The notes under the pieces: model-generated
Database searches by the model: none
What the model was told of the DNA's origin: nothing
Seen by the model: only the letters and a program-made list of their open reading frames with translations
Program-made: the position numbers and the translations under genes
NCBI GenBank assembly: GCA_902624765.1
Contig: CACNYO010000002.1
Location: 10,875-74,874, forward strand
DNA from: an uncultured SAR86 cluster bacterium
Lineage (GTDB): Bacteria > Pseudomonadota > Gammaproteobacteria > Magnimaribacterales > AG-339-G14
Direction: 5' to 3'
DNA: 64,000 nt
Shown here: one piece after another, positions 29,744 through 40,118 of the stretch
Layout: the number at the start of each line of letters is the position of its first letter
Position numbering within the stretch: the first letter of the stretch is position 1

Positions 29744-30546
29744 TTGGTTAGACACGCTACTCTCCATTTTCCATTCAAATCTTTTAAAAAAGAAACATCA
29801 CTGTAGTCATTTTGATTTGCCATCTTATTAATAGAATCCTTCTGATCAAATCCATGTTCTAAAAGCAACTTCCCATTTTCTTTTAAGAAAATAACACTAT
29901 TTTTTATTATTGTACTAATGTCAGCCAGTCCCTTTTTCTCAGAAAAAAGTGCTGATGGTGGCTCAAACCAAATTCCATCCTCATCTCCATCTAAATCATT
30001 ACGATAAATATATGGTGGATTTGAAATTATCAAATCCATCGGCTCAAAAAGCCATCTTTTATGCCAATCATGCTGAATTAAAACAGAGTTTTTTAGATTT
30101 AGAGCTTTCATGTTTTCTCTCGCAACAGACAAAGCTTCAAAACTTTTATCTGTTAAGGTGCAAGTCCAAAAAGGTTTTTCTTTAGCTATAGACATACCTA
30201 TAGCTCCAGATCCTGTTCCAAGCTCAAGAAGTGAACAATTCTCTAAATCAAAAGAGATGGCTGTTTCTACTAATAATTCTGACTCTGGTCTTGGGATTAA
30301 CGTACTTTCGTTAACCTGAAATTCATCATCCCAAAAAGGTTTTATTCCTGTTATGTATGCCAAAGGAAAACCTTCTTCTCTCTTCTTTATAAGATCGGTA
30401 AAGGCTTTATTTGTTTTATCTTGAATTTCTATATCAGACTTTTTATAAAGATCAACTCTTTCAATTTTGAGTATGTGACACAAAATCAATTCTTTATCTA
30501 ATGTCGGCAGGTTAGAAATTGAAAATAACTTTCGAAGATTCGTCAC
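29740..30546 (-). CDS. prmC: Release factor glutamine methyltransferase
   Basis: PLAYITG, LIPRPESE, LGTGSGAI, SNPPY; follows prfA. Confidence 0.96.
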   Translation of the reverse strand: MTNLRKLFSISNLPTLDKELILCHILKIERVDLYKKSDIEIQDKTNKAFTDLIKKREEGFPLAYITGIKPFWDDEFQVNESTLIPRPESELLVETAISFDLENCSLLELGTGSGAIGMSIAKEKPFWTCTLTDKSFEALSVARENMKALNLKNSVLIQHDWHKRWLFEPMDLIISNPPYIYRNDLDGDEDGIWFEPPSALFSEKKGLADISTIIKNSVIFLKENGKLLLEHGFDQKDSINKMANQNDYSDVSFLKDLNGKWRVACLTK

Positions 30547-31634
30547 GAGAATGTTTTTTCAAGGTTTGATAATAATCTAGCTTGATTTTCTTCTAATAAC
30601 GTTGAGATCATGATTTCCATTTCACCATCTAGGAAACCATCCAAATTATGAACCGAAAATTCAATTCTATGATCAGTGATTCTGCTTTGAGGAAAATTAT
30701 AAGTCCTAATTTTCTCAGATCGATCTCCTGATCCAACCATATTTTTTCTTTTTTCAGCTTGCTCTTGAGTTACTTCTTCTTCTGCCATTGCTTTGAGCTT
30801 TGCACCGAGCAAAGTAAGTGCTTTTGCTTTATTCTTATGTTGAGACCTATCATCCTGACACTCAACGACTATTCCGGTTGGAATATGAGTTAGCCTCACC
30901 GCTGAATCTGTCTTATTAACATGCTGTCCTCCCGCACCAGAGGCACGAAAAGTGTCAGTTCTAATTTCAGACTTATCTATTTCAACTTCTTCAACATCTT
31001 CTATTTCTGCAAGAACAGCTACCGAGCATGCCGAGGTATGAATTCTTCCCTGTGATTCAGTTGAAGGAACTCTTTGAACACGATGTATTCCTGATTCAAA
31101 TTTTAATTTTTTGTAAACATTCTCTCCAATAATTTTAATTACTACTTCTTTAAATCCACCTTGCTCGCTTTCTCTTGACGAAATAAGCTCACTTTTCCAT
31201 TTATTTCTTTCTGCTAGCCTTAGATACATTCTATAAAGATCTCCAACAAAAAGTGCTGCCTCATCGCCACCTGTTCCGGCTCTAACTTCAACAAAAACAT
31301 TCTTATCATCATTCTTATCGACTGGAATAAGGAGATTCTTCAGCTCCTTTTCAATCTCAGATATTCTTTCGTTATTTTCTTTAATTTCCTCTTTTGCTAA
31401 TTCCGCTAAATCTATATCAGATTCATTAAGAACTTCTTCAGCACTTGAAATATTGCTTTCACACTTAATGTACTCTTCGAATTTTTCTACAATAGGCTTT
31501 AAATTAGAATATTCTTTTGATAGAGATGCATACTGCTTTTGATCATTGATTACATCCGGCATACTCAATTTAGTCTGAATATCAGAGAAATTATCCTTAA
31601 TCTCAGTTAATCTTGTTTTTATTGAATCTAACAT
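30543..31634 (-). CDS. prfA: Peptide chain release factor 1
   Basis: GGQ motif, PST (PxT) RF1 specificity loop, IRTYNFPQ. Confidence 0.98.
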   Translation of the reverse strand: MLDSIKTRLTEIKDNFSDIQTKLSMPDVINDQKQYASLSKEYSNLKPIVEKFEEYIKCESNISSAEEVLNESDIDLAELAKEEIKENNERISEIEKELKNLLIPVDKNDDKNVFVEVRAGTGGDEAALFVGDLYRMYLRLAERNKWKSELISSRESEQGGFKEVVIKIIGENVYKKLKFESGIHRVQRVPSTESQGRIHTSACSVAVLAEIEDVEEVEIDKSEIRTDTFRASGAGGQHVNKTDSAVRLTHIPTGIVVECQDDRSQHKNKAKALTLLGAKLKAMAEEEVTQEQAEKRKNMVGSGDRSEKIRTYNFPQSRITDHRIEFSVHNLDGFLDGEMEIMISTLLEENQARLLSNLEKTFS

Positions 31635-31652
31635 TAATAAAATTTTTAAAAG

Positions 31653-32168
31653 ATGAATAAAAATTCAATCCTTAGGTCAATTCTACTTATTTTTATTTTA
31701 GTATCCTATCTTTCATCTTGCGCAACTGTTAAAGAAGACTTAATTTCTTCAAAAAATGATAGAAATTTTTTAACTGCAAGTTTTTTATTTACAACTAGCG
31801 AATCTTTTATTAACGGAAAAGTCAGTTTTTTAAAACAAAAAGAAAAAATAACAATAAATTTTAAAAATGGTAGGTTCTATCCAAAATTCAGTCTTGTGTT
31901 CAAAAATAAAGATACATATCAATTACTAGTCAATAATTCTTTCAGAAACAAAGTAGAAGAAATAATAGAAAGGAATGATAATTTAATTTCTACACTTTAT
32001 TTTATTGTGGATTGGTACTATGAAGATTGTTTATTTGGAAACTGCAAACTCCTAAAAGTAATAGAAGATTCTATCCTTGTTGAAAAAATATCCGATGGTC
32101 AAGAAGATATGGATAGATTAATTGCTACTAATCCATTTTATAAACTTCAGATTCAGATTAATAAATGA
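31653..32168 (+). CDS. Lipoprotein, probable divergent LolB
   Basis: Lipobox LSSC, 171 aa, ends KLQIQI, overlaps ispE as lolB does; sequence similarity itself is weak. Confidence 0.5.
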   Translation: MNKNSILRSILLIFILVSYLSSCATVKEDLISSKNDRNFLTASFLFTTSESFINGKVSFLKQKEKITINFKNGRFYPKFSLVFKNKDTYQLLVNNSFRNKVEEIIERNDNLISTLYFIVDWYYEDCLFGNCKLLKVIEDSILVEKISDGQEDMDRLIATNPFYKLQIQINK

Positions 32169-32965
32169 AAGTTTCCTGTCCAGCGAAGTTAAACATAGGC
32201 CTGAAAATAAATTCAAAAAGACCTGATGGCTATCATGATCTTGAAACCGAGTTCAGATTGATATCTTTGTATGATTATCTTGAAATAGAAGAAAGTGATA
32301 ATTTCCAACTTAGAATCAATAATGATGATATTGAAACTGGGGATAATCTAATCACAAAAGCTTATTATTTAATGAAAAGCTTTTGTAATGAAAAATCTGA
32401 ATTCTCTTTTAAAGTTCAAAAAAATATACCTATAGGTGCTGGCTTAGGTGGCGGAAGTTCTAATTGTGCTTCTACATTGATTGTTCTTAATAGACTTTTT
32501 AAATTGAATTTATCGGAAGGTCAGTTATTAGAAATTGGACTTAGTCTTGGAAGCGATGTTCCTTTTTTCATAAAAGGAAAAAATTCTATTGCCAAAGGAA
32601 GAGGTGAGTTACTTAAAACTATTGCAAGTGAGGCAAATTATTACTTGATCATCTATCCAGATATAAAAATATCCACAGCTGATGCTTTCAAGTTTTATGA
32701 TGAAAATAAAACCGATTTTCCAACAGATTTAAAAAATGATTTTGAGTATTATGCAAGAAAAGTATATCCAGAAATAAATGAAATTTTTAACCTGATGTCT
32801 CAATATGGAAACGTAGAATTATCTGGAACTGGATCTTCAATGTATTTAAATTTTAAATCTTCAGAAGAGGCGTATACAATTGCAACGAAAGTTCCGACTA
32901 ACTGTAAGTTTTTTGTAACAAGAAGTTTAGATAAGTCTCCGATATATGATGAACTTAAAAAATAA
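32165..32965 (+). CDS. ispE: 4-diphosphocytidyl-2C-methyl-D-erythritol kinase
   Basis: PAKLNIGL, RPDGYHDL, KNIPIGAGLGGGSSN, GSDVPFF, LSGTGS. Confidence 0.97.
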   Translation: MKVSCPAKLNIGLKINSKRPDGYHDLETEFRLISLYDYLEIEESDNFQLRINNDDIETGDNLITKAYYLMKSFCNEKSEFSFKVQKNIPIGAGLGGGSSNCASTLIVLNRLFKLNLSEGQLLEIGLSLGSDVPFFIKGKNSIAKGRGELLKTIASEANYYLIIYPDIKISTADAFKFYDENKTDFPTDLKNDFEYYARKVYPEINEIFNLMSQYGNVELSGTGSSMYLNFKSSEEAYTIATKVPTNCKFFVTRSLDKSPIYDELKK

Positions 32966-33040
32966 TGGGGTGTGGCCAAGCGGTAAGGCAGCGGCTTTTG
33001 ATGCCGCCATGCGTAGGTTCGAATCCTACCACCCCAGCCA
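32966..33040 (+). tRNA. tRNA-Gln(TTG)
   Basis: TGGGGTG...CACCCCA-G-CCA; anticodon arm GCGGC-TT-TTG-AT-GCCGC; GGTTCGAATCC. Confidence 0.97.
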
Positions 33041-33046
33041 GAGAAA

Positions 33047-34003
33047 ATGTTAAAGCCTGCTAAAAATCTTATTTTATTTTCAGGAAATGCTAACAATGTA
33101 TTAGCTGGAAAGATTGCTAAAAAACTTGGCAAAAATTTAGGAAAAGCTGAGGTAGAGAGATTCAGCGACGGCGAGTCAGATGTAAGGATAAACGTAAATG
33201 TTAGAGGGAAGGATGTATTCATAATCCAATCAACTTGTTCTCCTGCAAATGAAAATCTTATGGAGTTATCGATTATGATAGATGCTTTAAGGAGAGCATC
33301 TGCATCCAGAATTACTGCAGTGATTCCTTATTTTGGTTATGCCAGACAGGATCGAAGAGTTAGATCTGAAAGAGTGCCTATTTCAGCAAAACTAGTTGCG
33401 GAAATTCTTCAAATTGCTGGAGCAAATAGAATCATGACTCTGGATTTACACTCAGACCAAATACAGGGTTTCTTCAATATCCCTGTGGATAATATCTATG
33501 TTACGAAAGCATTCTTAAATCATATAAACAGATCAAAATATCATAACCAAATTGTAATTTCTCCTGATGTAGGCGGTGTTGTTAGAGCAAGAGCACTAGC
33601 AAAATACATGGGAGATACAGATTTAGCTATCATTGATAAAAGAAGAGAAAAGGCGAATGAATCTGAAGTCATGAATGTTATTGGGAACGTAAAGAACAAA
33701 ACATGCATTATTATCGATGACATAATTGATACAGCGGGAACTCTGTGTAATGCTGCAGATGCATTAAAAAAACAAGGTGCTCAGAAAGTTTATGCTTATA
33801 TTTCTCACCCAGTTCTTTCTGGTTCTGCAATTAAAAAAATATCCAAATCAAAGCTAGACTCATTGATTGTAACTGATACAATTCCGCTCTCAAAAGAGGC
33901 TGAAAATTGCAAGAAAATAAAGATTGTCTCTATGGATTCTACATTAGCAGGCGCTATAACAAGAGTGAATAGAGAAGAATCAATCAGTGAAATGTTTTTA
34001 TAA
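33047..34003 (+). CDS. prs: Ribose-phosphate pyrophosphokinase
   Basis: [41 protein letters not shown]. Confidence 0.99.
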   Translation: MLKPAKNLILFSGNANNVLAGKIAKKLGKNLGKAEVERFSDGESDVRINVNVRGKDVFIIQSTCSPANENLMELSIMIDALRRASASRITAVIPYFGYARQDRRVRSERVPISAKLVAEILQIAGANRIMTLDLHSDQIQGFFNIPVDNIYVTKAFLNHINRSKYHNQIVISPDVGGVVRARALAKYMGDTDLAIIDKRREKANESEVMNVIGNVKNKTCIIIDDIIDTAGTLCNAADALKKQGAQKVYAYISHPVLSGSAIKKISKSKLDSLIVTDTIPLSKEAENCKKIKIVSMDSTLAGAITRVNREESISEMFL

Positions 34004-34005
34004 AA

Positions 34006-34707
34006 ATGAGCGAAAAAATATCAATATCTGGTGAATCCAGACAAGAGACAGGAAAAGCAAATTCAAGAGGCTTAAGATCTTCTGAAATAGTCCCCGGGGT
34101 CATATATGGAGAAGAAAAATCTTCAAATATAAAAGTCTTGGAGAAAGATCTTAAGAAAATCCTAGAAAATCCAAGTATTTTTTCCCAAGTTATAGATTTG
34201 AATATTGATGGATCTCCCTTTGAGGTTCTATTGAAAGATATTCAAAGAAATCCGAGAAATGATAGGCCTTCACACGTTGACTTCTTAGTTGTTTCAAAAG
34301 ATACCAAAGTAACTGTTAATGTCCCTTTAAAGTTTATCAATGAGGATATTTGTGTTGGCGTCAAACAACAAGGTGGTATGATCTCTCACCTTAGAAACGA
34401 AGTAGAAGTTTTATGCTCTGCAGCCTCTCTTCCAGAATTCATTGAAATCGATACTCAAAATATAGAATTGAATCAATCTGTAATGATGTCAGAAATTTCA
34501 TTGCCAGAAGGTGTTGAGCTAACAAGCGTATTGAATGATCTCCAAGATCAACCTGTCCTCTCTTGTGCTGTCACGAGAGCTTCTCTTGAAATTGATGATG
34601 ATCCTGTGATTGGAGAAGATGGTGAAGAAGTTACAGACGATGCTGAAGCTCCTGCCGATTCATCTCAAACAGACGAATCTCAAGAAGAAGAATCTAGCGA
34701 CAACTAA
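34006..34707 (+). CDS. rplY: 50S ribosomal protein L25/Ctc
   Basis: VPGVIYG, HVDF, GVKQQGG, acidic tail; prs-rplY-pth synteny. Confidence 0.95.
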   Translation: MSEKISISGESRQETGKANSRGLRSSEIVPGVIYGEEKSSNIKVLEKDLKKILENPSIFSQVIDLNIDGSPFEVLLKDIQRNPRNDRPSHVDFLVVSKDTKVTVNVPLKFINEDICVGVKQQGGMISHLRNEVEVLCSAASLPEFIEIDTQNIELNQSVMMSEISLPEGVELTSVLNDLQDQPVLSCAVTRASLEIDDDPVIGEDGEEVTDDAEAPADSSQTDESQEEESSDN

Positions 34708-34710
34708 TTT

Positions 34711-35289
34711 ATGGAAACTTTTTTAGTGGTTGGGTTAGGAAATCCTGGCTCAAGATACGCTAATACTAGGCATAACGCTGGAACTGATTTCGTTCATATG
34801 CTTTGTGAAAAGTATGATGTTGAGTTAAAAGAAAAGAAAAAATACAAAGCCTTTATAGGAAAATTTCTATTGAAGGATTTAGAAGTCATTCTTTCTATCC
34901 CTTCCCTATTTATGAATCAAAGTGGAAAAAGCGTTGCTCCTACTGTGAAGGGAGAGAATATTAAATTAAAAAACCTTCTTGTCGTTCATGATGACCTAGA
35001 TCTTCCTCCCGGAGTATCAAAATTAAAATTCTCTGGAGGTGATGGAGGTCACAATGGCTTAAAAGATATTATGCAGAGCTTGTCTGGTAAAAAAGATTTT
35101 AAGAGGTTAAGAATTGGTATAGGTCATCCAGGCGATCCAAAAAAAGTTAATTCTTTTGTCGTAAAAAAAGGATCTTCTAGCGAAAGAAAAAATAAACTTA
35201 TAGCGATGCATAATGCTTTGGAAGTTTTTGAACTTGTTGTTTTTGATTATTGGGAAAAAGCTTTGACAAAATTACATTCAAAAAAATAA
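34711..35289 (+). CDS. pth: Peptidyl-tRNA hydrolase
   Basis: VGLGNPG, TRHNAG, FMNQSG, HDDLD, GGHNGLK, RLRIGIG. Confidence 0.98.
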   Translation: METFLVVGLGNPGSRYANTRHNAGTDFVHMLCEKYDVELKEKKKYKAFIGKFLLKDLEVILSIPSLFMNQSGKSVAPTVKGENIKLKNLLVVHDDLDLPPGVSKLKFSGGDGGHNGLKDIMQSLSGKKDFKRLRIGIGHPGDPKKVNSFVVKKGSSSERKNKLIAMHNALEVFELVVFDYWEKALTKLHSKK

Positions 35290-36374
35290 TGGGACTTAAA
35301 TGTGGGATTGTGGGATTACCTAACGTAGGAAAATCTACCTTATTCAATGCGTTAACATCATCCGGCATACAAGCTGAAAATTTTCCATTCTGCACAATTG
35401 ATCCTAATGTCGGAATAGTAAATCTTCCTGACAGCAGACTAAATAAAATAGCTGAAATTGTTGATCCTGAGGAAATAATTCAATCAACTGTTGAGTTTGT
35501 TGATATCGCAGGTCTTGTTGAGGGAGCTTCCAAGGGAGAGGGTTTAGGTAATAAGTTTCTTGCCAATATCAGAGAAACAGATGCGATTATTCACGTGGTT
35601 AGATGCTTTGAAGATGAAAGCATAATTCATGTCAAAGATAAAATATCTCCTTTAGATGATATAAAAACGATAGAACTTGAACTTATCCTTGCTGACATGG
35701 AAGTTCTTGAGAACGCCATTGAAAATGTTAAGAGGAAAGCTAAAAGTGGCGACAAAAAGCTTCTCTTTACCTTAGAAGTTTATGAAAAAACATTGGAATT
35801 TCTCAACAAAGAAGAAAATTTAAGAAATATAAACTTTGAAAATAATGATTTAGCTGAACTTAAAGGCTTAAATCTTATTTCAATCAAACCTGTTATATAT
35901 GTTGCAAACATAGATGATAGCCTAGAAGAAAATGAATTTTATTTATCCGTTAAAGAATTCGCCTATGAAAATAATTCTCAAGTCATTGGTCTATGCAATC
36001 AGCTAGAAGCTGAAATAGCTGAACTTGGAGATGACAAAGATGATCTTTTGAGAGATATAGGTTTGGAAGAACCTGGTTTAAACGTCATGATCAGGGCAGC
36101 ATTTGATAGCTTAGGTCTTCAAACCTTTTTTACGGCTGGAAAAAAAGAAGTTAGAGCTTGGGAAATAAAAAAAGGATCTCTAGCTCCTCAAGCTGCAGGA
36201 ACGATTCATACAGACTTTGAAAAAGGTTTTATCAGAGCTGAAACCATTTCCTATGCAGACTATATTGAGTTTAATGGTGAGCTAGGAGCTAAAGAGGCAG
36301 GAAAATTAAGATCCGAAGGTTCTGAATACATCATTGAAGATGGAGACATAGTTCACTTCAGATTCAATGTATAG
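35289..36374 (+). CDS. ychF: Ribosome-binding ATPase YchF
   Basis: ATG 35289 overlaps the pth stop; [33 protein letters not shown]. Confidence 0.98.
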   Translation: MGLKCGIVGLPNVGKSTLFNALTSSGIQAENFPFCTIDPNVGIVNLPDSRLNKIAEIVDPEEIIQSTVEFVDIAGLVEGASKGEGLGNKFLANIRETDAIIHVVRCFEDESIIHVKDKISPLDDIKTIELELILADMEVLENAIENVKRKAKSGDKKLLFTLEVYEKTLEFLNKEENLRNINFENNDLAELKGLNLISIKPVIYVANIDDSLEENEFYLSVKEFAYENNSQVIGLCNQLEAEIAELGDDKDDLLRDIGLEEPGLNVMIRAAFDSLGLQTFFTAGKKEVRAWEIKKGSLAPQAAGTIHTDFEKGFIRAETISYADYIEFNGELGAKEAGKLRSEGSEYIIEDGDIVHFRFNV

Positions 36375-36382
36375 CTTGTTGC

Positions 36383-36411
36383 TTGACTTTTAATGATCAG
36401 ACTAAGAGAAT
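36383..36411 (+). promoter_or_regulatory. Promoter of tRNA-Met
   Basis: TTGACT, 17 bp, GAGAAT. Confidence 0.5.
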
Positions 36412-36422
36412 TCTCTTTCTTT

Positions 36423-36499
36423 GGCTATGTAGCTCAGCTGGTTAGAGCGCTGCACTCATAACGCAGAGGTCGGTAGTTCAAGTCTACCCATAGCCACCA
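36423..36499 (+). tRNA. tRNA-Met(CAT), elongator type
   Basis: GGCTATG...CATAGCC-A-CCA, loop CTCATAA; resembles the E. coli elongator tRNA-Met. Confidence 0.93.
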
Positions 36500-36502
36500 G
36501 AT

Positions 36503-38608
36503 TTATCCTTCGGTAGTTTCTTCCGGTGAATTTACTGCTTTGATGCTAAGTTTTACCCTACCTCTGTCATCAATACCAATGACTTTAACATCGACTTCTT
36601 CTCCTTCAACAAGGTAGTCAGAAACTTTCTCAACCCTTTCTTCCATGATTTCTGAGACATGGACTAGGCCTTCTTTTCCACCATCTATTGAAACGAAAGC
36701 TCCGAACTCGACAATTTTAACTACAGTTCCGGTGTAAATGTGACCGACTTCAGGATCTGCAACAATTTGATTAATAAGGTCTATTGCTGTTTGCCTTGAT
36801 TCAGGTGAATCACCAAATATTTTAATCTCTCCATCATCATTAATATCCACATTTGCACCAGATTTTTCTGTAATACTTTTAATTACCGAGCCGCCTTTTC
36901 CAATCACTTCTCTAATTTTATCTTTTGCAATAGTCATATTTACAGCTTGAGGGGCATTTGGAGAAAGTTCTTTTCTTGGTGAGTCCAATACAGAGTCCAT
37001 TTTTTCAAGGATATGAGTCCTTGCTGTCTGTGCTTTCTCTAGAGCTACCTCCATTATCTCTTCTGATATTCCTTTAACTTTAATATCCATCTGAAGAGCT
37101 GTTACTCCATCTGAAGTTCCTGCCACCTTGAAATCCATATCTCCCAGATGATCTTCATCTCCTAAAATATCTGTTATGACGCAGAAATCATCGCCATCAA
37201 GAACAAGTCCCATAGCTACTCCTGCCACAGCTTTCTTAATAGGAATTCCTGCATCCATCATTGATAGACTTGAAGAACAAACTGTTGCCATGGAACTAGA
37301 GCCATTCGATTCAGTTATTTCAGATACAACTCTTATGGTGTAGGGAAACTCTTCTTGCGATGGCAAAACTGCTTCTAAAGCTCTTCGTGCTAATTTTCCA
37401 TGACCGATTTCTCTTCTTTTCGGTGCTCCTATAAAACCTGCCTCACCAACAGAAAATGGAGGAAAGTTATAATGAAGCATAAAGGGATCATTTGTTGTAC
37501 CTTCTAAAGCATCAATCAATTGAGCATCTCTGGACCCACCTAGTGTTGCAACACCTATAGATTGAGTCTCACCTCTGGTGAACAAACAAGAACCGTGAGA
37601 TTTATTTAAAAATCCAACTTCTATATCTATTGGTCTGACTGTATCAAGGTCTCTTCCATCTATTCTTGAATCGCCGTTAAGGAGCCTAGATCTTACTATT
37701 TCTGATTCTACTGATTTGAAATATCCAGAAACAGCGTTTTCATCTTCTAAATCTTCATCATTAAGACTCTCTTTCATTTTATCTCGAGCAAGAGATACTG
37801 ATTCCTGTCTTTTAGCCTTTTCTGGAATTGAATAAGCACTCACTAGGTCATCTCTTACAATATTTAATATTTTTTCTTTTAATTCAGAATTATCTTCTTT
37901 TATAGAATATTCAATTTCAGGAATAGAGATTTTTGAAGCGAGCTCTTCAATTAAAGTAATTGTTTTTTGCATTTCTTGATGAGCAAATAAAACAGCCCCG
38001 AGCATTTGATCTTCTGAAAGTTCTTTTGCCTCAGATTCAACCATCAAAATAGCATCTTTCGTTCCAGCAACAACCATATCCAACAATGATTTTTCAAGTG
38101 ATTCATTATCAGGATTGAGCACATATGATCCATCAACAAATCCGACTCTTGCAGCAGAAATTGGACCCTCAAAAGGAAGACCGGATATCGCTAACGCAGC
38201 AGATGCTCCAATAAGAGAAATAATCTCTGGACTTTCATTCTTATCAGCAGACAAAACTGTGCATATTACCTGTACTTCTTGAAAATAACCCTTCGGAAAT
38301 AAAGGTCTTAAAGGTCTATCAATAAGTCTTGAGACAAGTGTTTCTTTTTCAGTTGGTCTACCCTCTCTTCGAAAAAAACTGCCTGGAATCTTTCCTGCAG
38401 CATAATATTTTTCTGTGTAATTTACTGTTAGTGGAAAAAAAGATTGGCCTTCTGGCTCTCTACCAGCAACAACAGTTACAAGAACTTGATTTTCGCCAGA
38501 AGAAGCAATGATAGATGCTGTGGCTTGTCGTGCTATTTTTCCTGTTTCTAACTTTATTTCTCTTCCAGCTACATTTGTTGTAACTGACGCATAAGTCTCT
38601 TCAAACAT
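36503..38608 (-). CDS. pnp: Polyribonucleotide nucleotidyltransferase
   Basis: SRLIDRPLRPLF, FTRGETQ, RREIGHG, GDMDFKVAG, KH and S1 domains. Confidence 0.99.
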   Translation of the reverse strand: MFEETYASVTTNVAGREIKLETGKIARQATASIIASSGENQVLVTVVAGREPEGQSFFPLTVNYTEKYYAAGKIPGSFFRREGRPTEKETLVSRLIDRPLRPLFPKGYFQEVQVICTVLSADKNESPEIISLIGASAALAISGLPFEGPISAARVGFVDGSYVLNPDNESLEKSLLDMVVAGTKDAILMVESEAKELSEDQMLGAVLFAHQEMQKTITLIEELASKISIPEIEYSIKEDNSELKEKILNIVRDDLVSAYSIPEKAKRQESVSLARDKMKESLNDEDLEDENAVSGYFKSVESEIVRSRLLNGDSRIDGRDLDTVRPIDIEVGFLNKSHGSCLFTRGETQSIGVATLGGSRDAQLIDALEGTTNDPFMLHYNFPPFSVGEAGFIGAPKRREIGHGKLARRALEAVLPSQEEFPYTIRVVSEITESNGSSSMATVCSSSLSMMDAGIPIKKAVAGVAMGLVLDGDDFCVITDILGDEDHLGDMDFKVAGTSDGVTALQMDIKVKGISEEIMEVALEKAQTARTHILEKMDSVLDSPRKELSPNAPQAVNMTIAKDKIREVIGKGGSVIKSITEKSGANVDINDDGEIKIFGDSPESRQTAIDLINQIVADPEVGHIYTGTVVKIVEFGAFVSIDGGKEGLVHVSEIMEERVEKVSDYLVEGEEVDVKVIGIDDRGRVKLSIKAVNSPEETTEG

Positions 38609-38637
38609 TTAATTTCCTTTATAAATCTGAATCTAAA

Positions 38638-38907
38638 TTACTTTCTTAGATTCAGCGCTTCTAGAACAGAAGAATAAGCCTCGGGATCTTTTCCTTTGAG
38701 ATAATCTAATAACTTTCTCCTAGAATTCACCATTCTTATAAGTCCCTGACGGGAGTGATGATCCTTCGCATGATCTTTAAAATGCTTTTGTAACGATTCA
38801 ATATTCGCAGTTAATAAAGCTATTTGAACCTGAGGTGAACCAGTATCTCCATCGGATGCGGCAAATTTGCTTACAATTTCACTTTTCTGTTCTGTTGTTA
38901 AACTCAA
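38638..38907 (-). CDS. rpsO: 30S ribosomal protein S15
   Basis: [22 protein letters not shown]; TTG start with GGAGGA SD. Confidence 0.98.
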   Translation of the reverse strand: MSLTTEQKSEIVSKFAASDGDTGSPQVQIALLTANIESLQKHFKDHAKDHHSRQGLIRMVNSRRKLLDYLKGKDPEAYSSVLEALNLRK

Positions 38908-38923
38908 TGAGTCCTCCTAGTTT

Positions 38924-39808
38924 TTAAGATAAAGATAGAAAATTTTCTAGGAATCGTTTAGGTTTAAGTAAACCTTCATTATATTCTACCAATCCAATGA
39001 ATCCCCTTTTGGAATCCCTAAGCCTTAAAATAGTCGAAGAATCGTATTTCAAGTTAGATTCGACGAATTGGCCGTTTCTTAATTTATCTACTATATCTGG
39101 CGCGCATTGTATCTCATTAAAGCAATTTAGTGCATCATTTGGTGAAATTATTTTATCGATAGGTAATCTGTCTTGAGGAAGTTTGATTGCATTTTTCACA
39201 TTGAAATTCCCAGATCTGGTTCTTCTAAGCTCTTTCAAATACGCAGGACAATTAAATAGTTCACCGATATCTTCTGCTAAGGATCTTACGTAAGTTCCAG
39301 AGCTACAAGAGACTTCAATATTAACTTCATTTCCAATTATGGATAAAAGTTTTATTGAAGATATAAAAATTTCTCTTTCATCTTTGTCTATTTTTATGCC
39401 TTTTCTTGCATATTCGTATAGAGATTTTCCTTTATGTTTTAAGGCTGAGAATGCTGGAGGTTTTTGTTTGGATTTGCCCAGGAACTTTTGAATTGTATTT
39501 TCTACATCTTTTGAAGAGAAATCTAAAAATGAAAATTCTTTTGAATGAATTATTTCTCCCTCAGAATCACCAGTGCTAGTTTTTTTTCCAAAGTATATGC
39601 ATGCTTGATAAGTTTTTTCAGACGAGCTCAGATATGAAGCAAATCTGGTCATTTGATTAAGACAAACTACCAATATTCCAGTAGCCATTGGATCAAGTGT
39701 TCCACAATGTCCAATTTTTAGTTCCGGTTCTAATTTAGATAGTCTTCTTATATGAGAAGCGGACGACTCAGCTTTTGGCTTATCAATTTGAAGTACACCG
39801 TTAATCAT
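38924..39808 (-). CDS. truB: tRNA pseudouridine-55 synthase
   Basis: GHCGTLDPMATG, PPAFSALK, CSSGTYVRSL, LRRT. Confidence 0.97.
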   Translation of the reverse strand: MINGVLQIDKPKAESSASHIRRLSKLEPELKIGHCGTLDPMATGILVVCLNQMTRFASYLSSSEKTYQACIYFGKKTSTGDSEGEIIHSKEFSFLDFSSKDVENTIQKFLGKSKQKPPAFSALKHKGKSLYEYARKGIKIDKDEREIFISSIKLLSIIGNEVNIEVSCSSGTYVRSLAEDIGELFNCPAYLKELRRTRSGNFNVKNAIKLPQDRLPIDKIISPNDALNCFNEIQCAPDIVDKLRNGQFVESNLKYDSSTILRLRDSKRGFIGLVEYNEGLLKPKRFLENFLSLS

Positions 39809-40118
39809 AAATGCTTAGCTCATCATAAATAAAAATCAGACTTGGAACTCTTTTCAAAGATAAATTTCTTGCCAGACTTGATCTTAAAAAGCCTGAAGCC
39901 TTTTTAAAACCTTTTTCTAAGTCTGCTTGATCGGAAGAAGATATCAAATTTCTGTATAAGATTTTGGCTATCTTCATATTGTCAGACATCTCTACTTTAG
40001 TAATGACAATATTCTCTAGTCGGGGATCTTTTACCTGCGTTTGAACTAGATTTGAAATTTCCCTGAATATTAGATCTGCGATTCTGTCAGATCTCTTAAA
40101 TGAGTATTTATTTGTCAA
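39801..40118 (-). CDS. rbfA: Ribosome-binding factor A
   Basis: RSDRIAD, VKDPRL, GFLRS, RVPSLIFIYD. Confidence 0.95.
   Translation of the reverse strand: MTNKYSFKRSDRIADLIFREISNLVQTQVKDPRLENIVITKVEMSDNMKIAKILYRNLISSSDQADLEKGFKKASGFLRSSLARNLSLKRVPSLIFIYDELSIYD

Noticed and set aside
32800-33222. 140-aa minus-strand ORF across ispE, tRNA-Gln and prs
   Set aside because: It spans a tRNA and two real genes in antisense; spurious.
36423-36503. tRNA-Met 3' end as a possible island integration site
   Set aside because: The pnp stop lies 3 nt away; there is no integrase and no duplicated tRNA end in the window.
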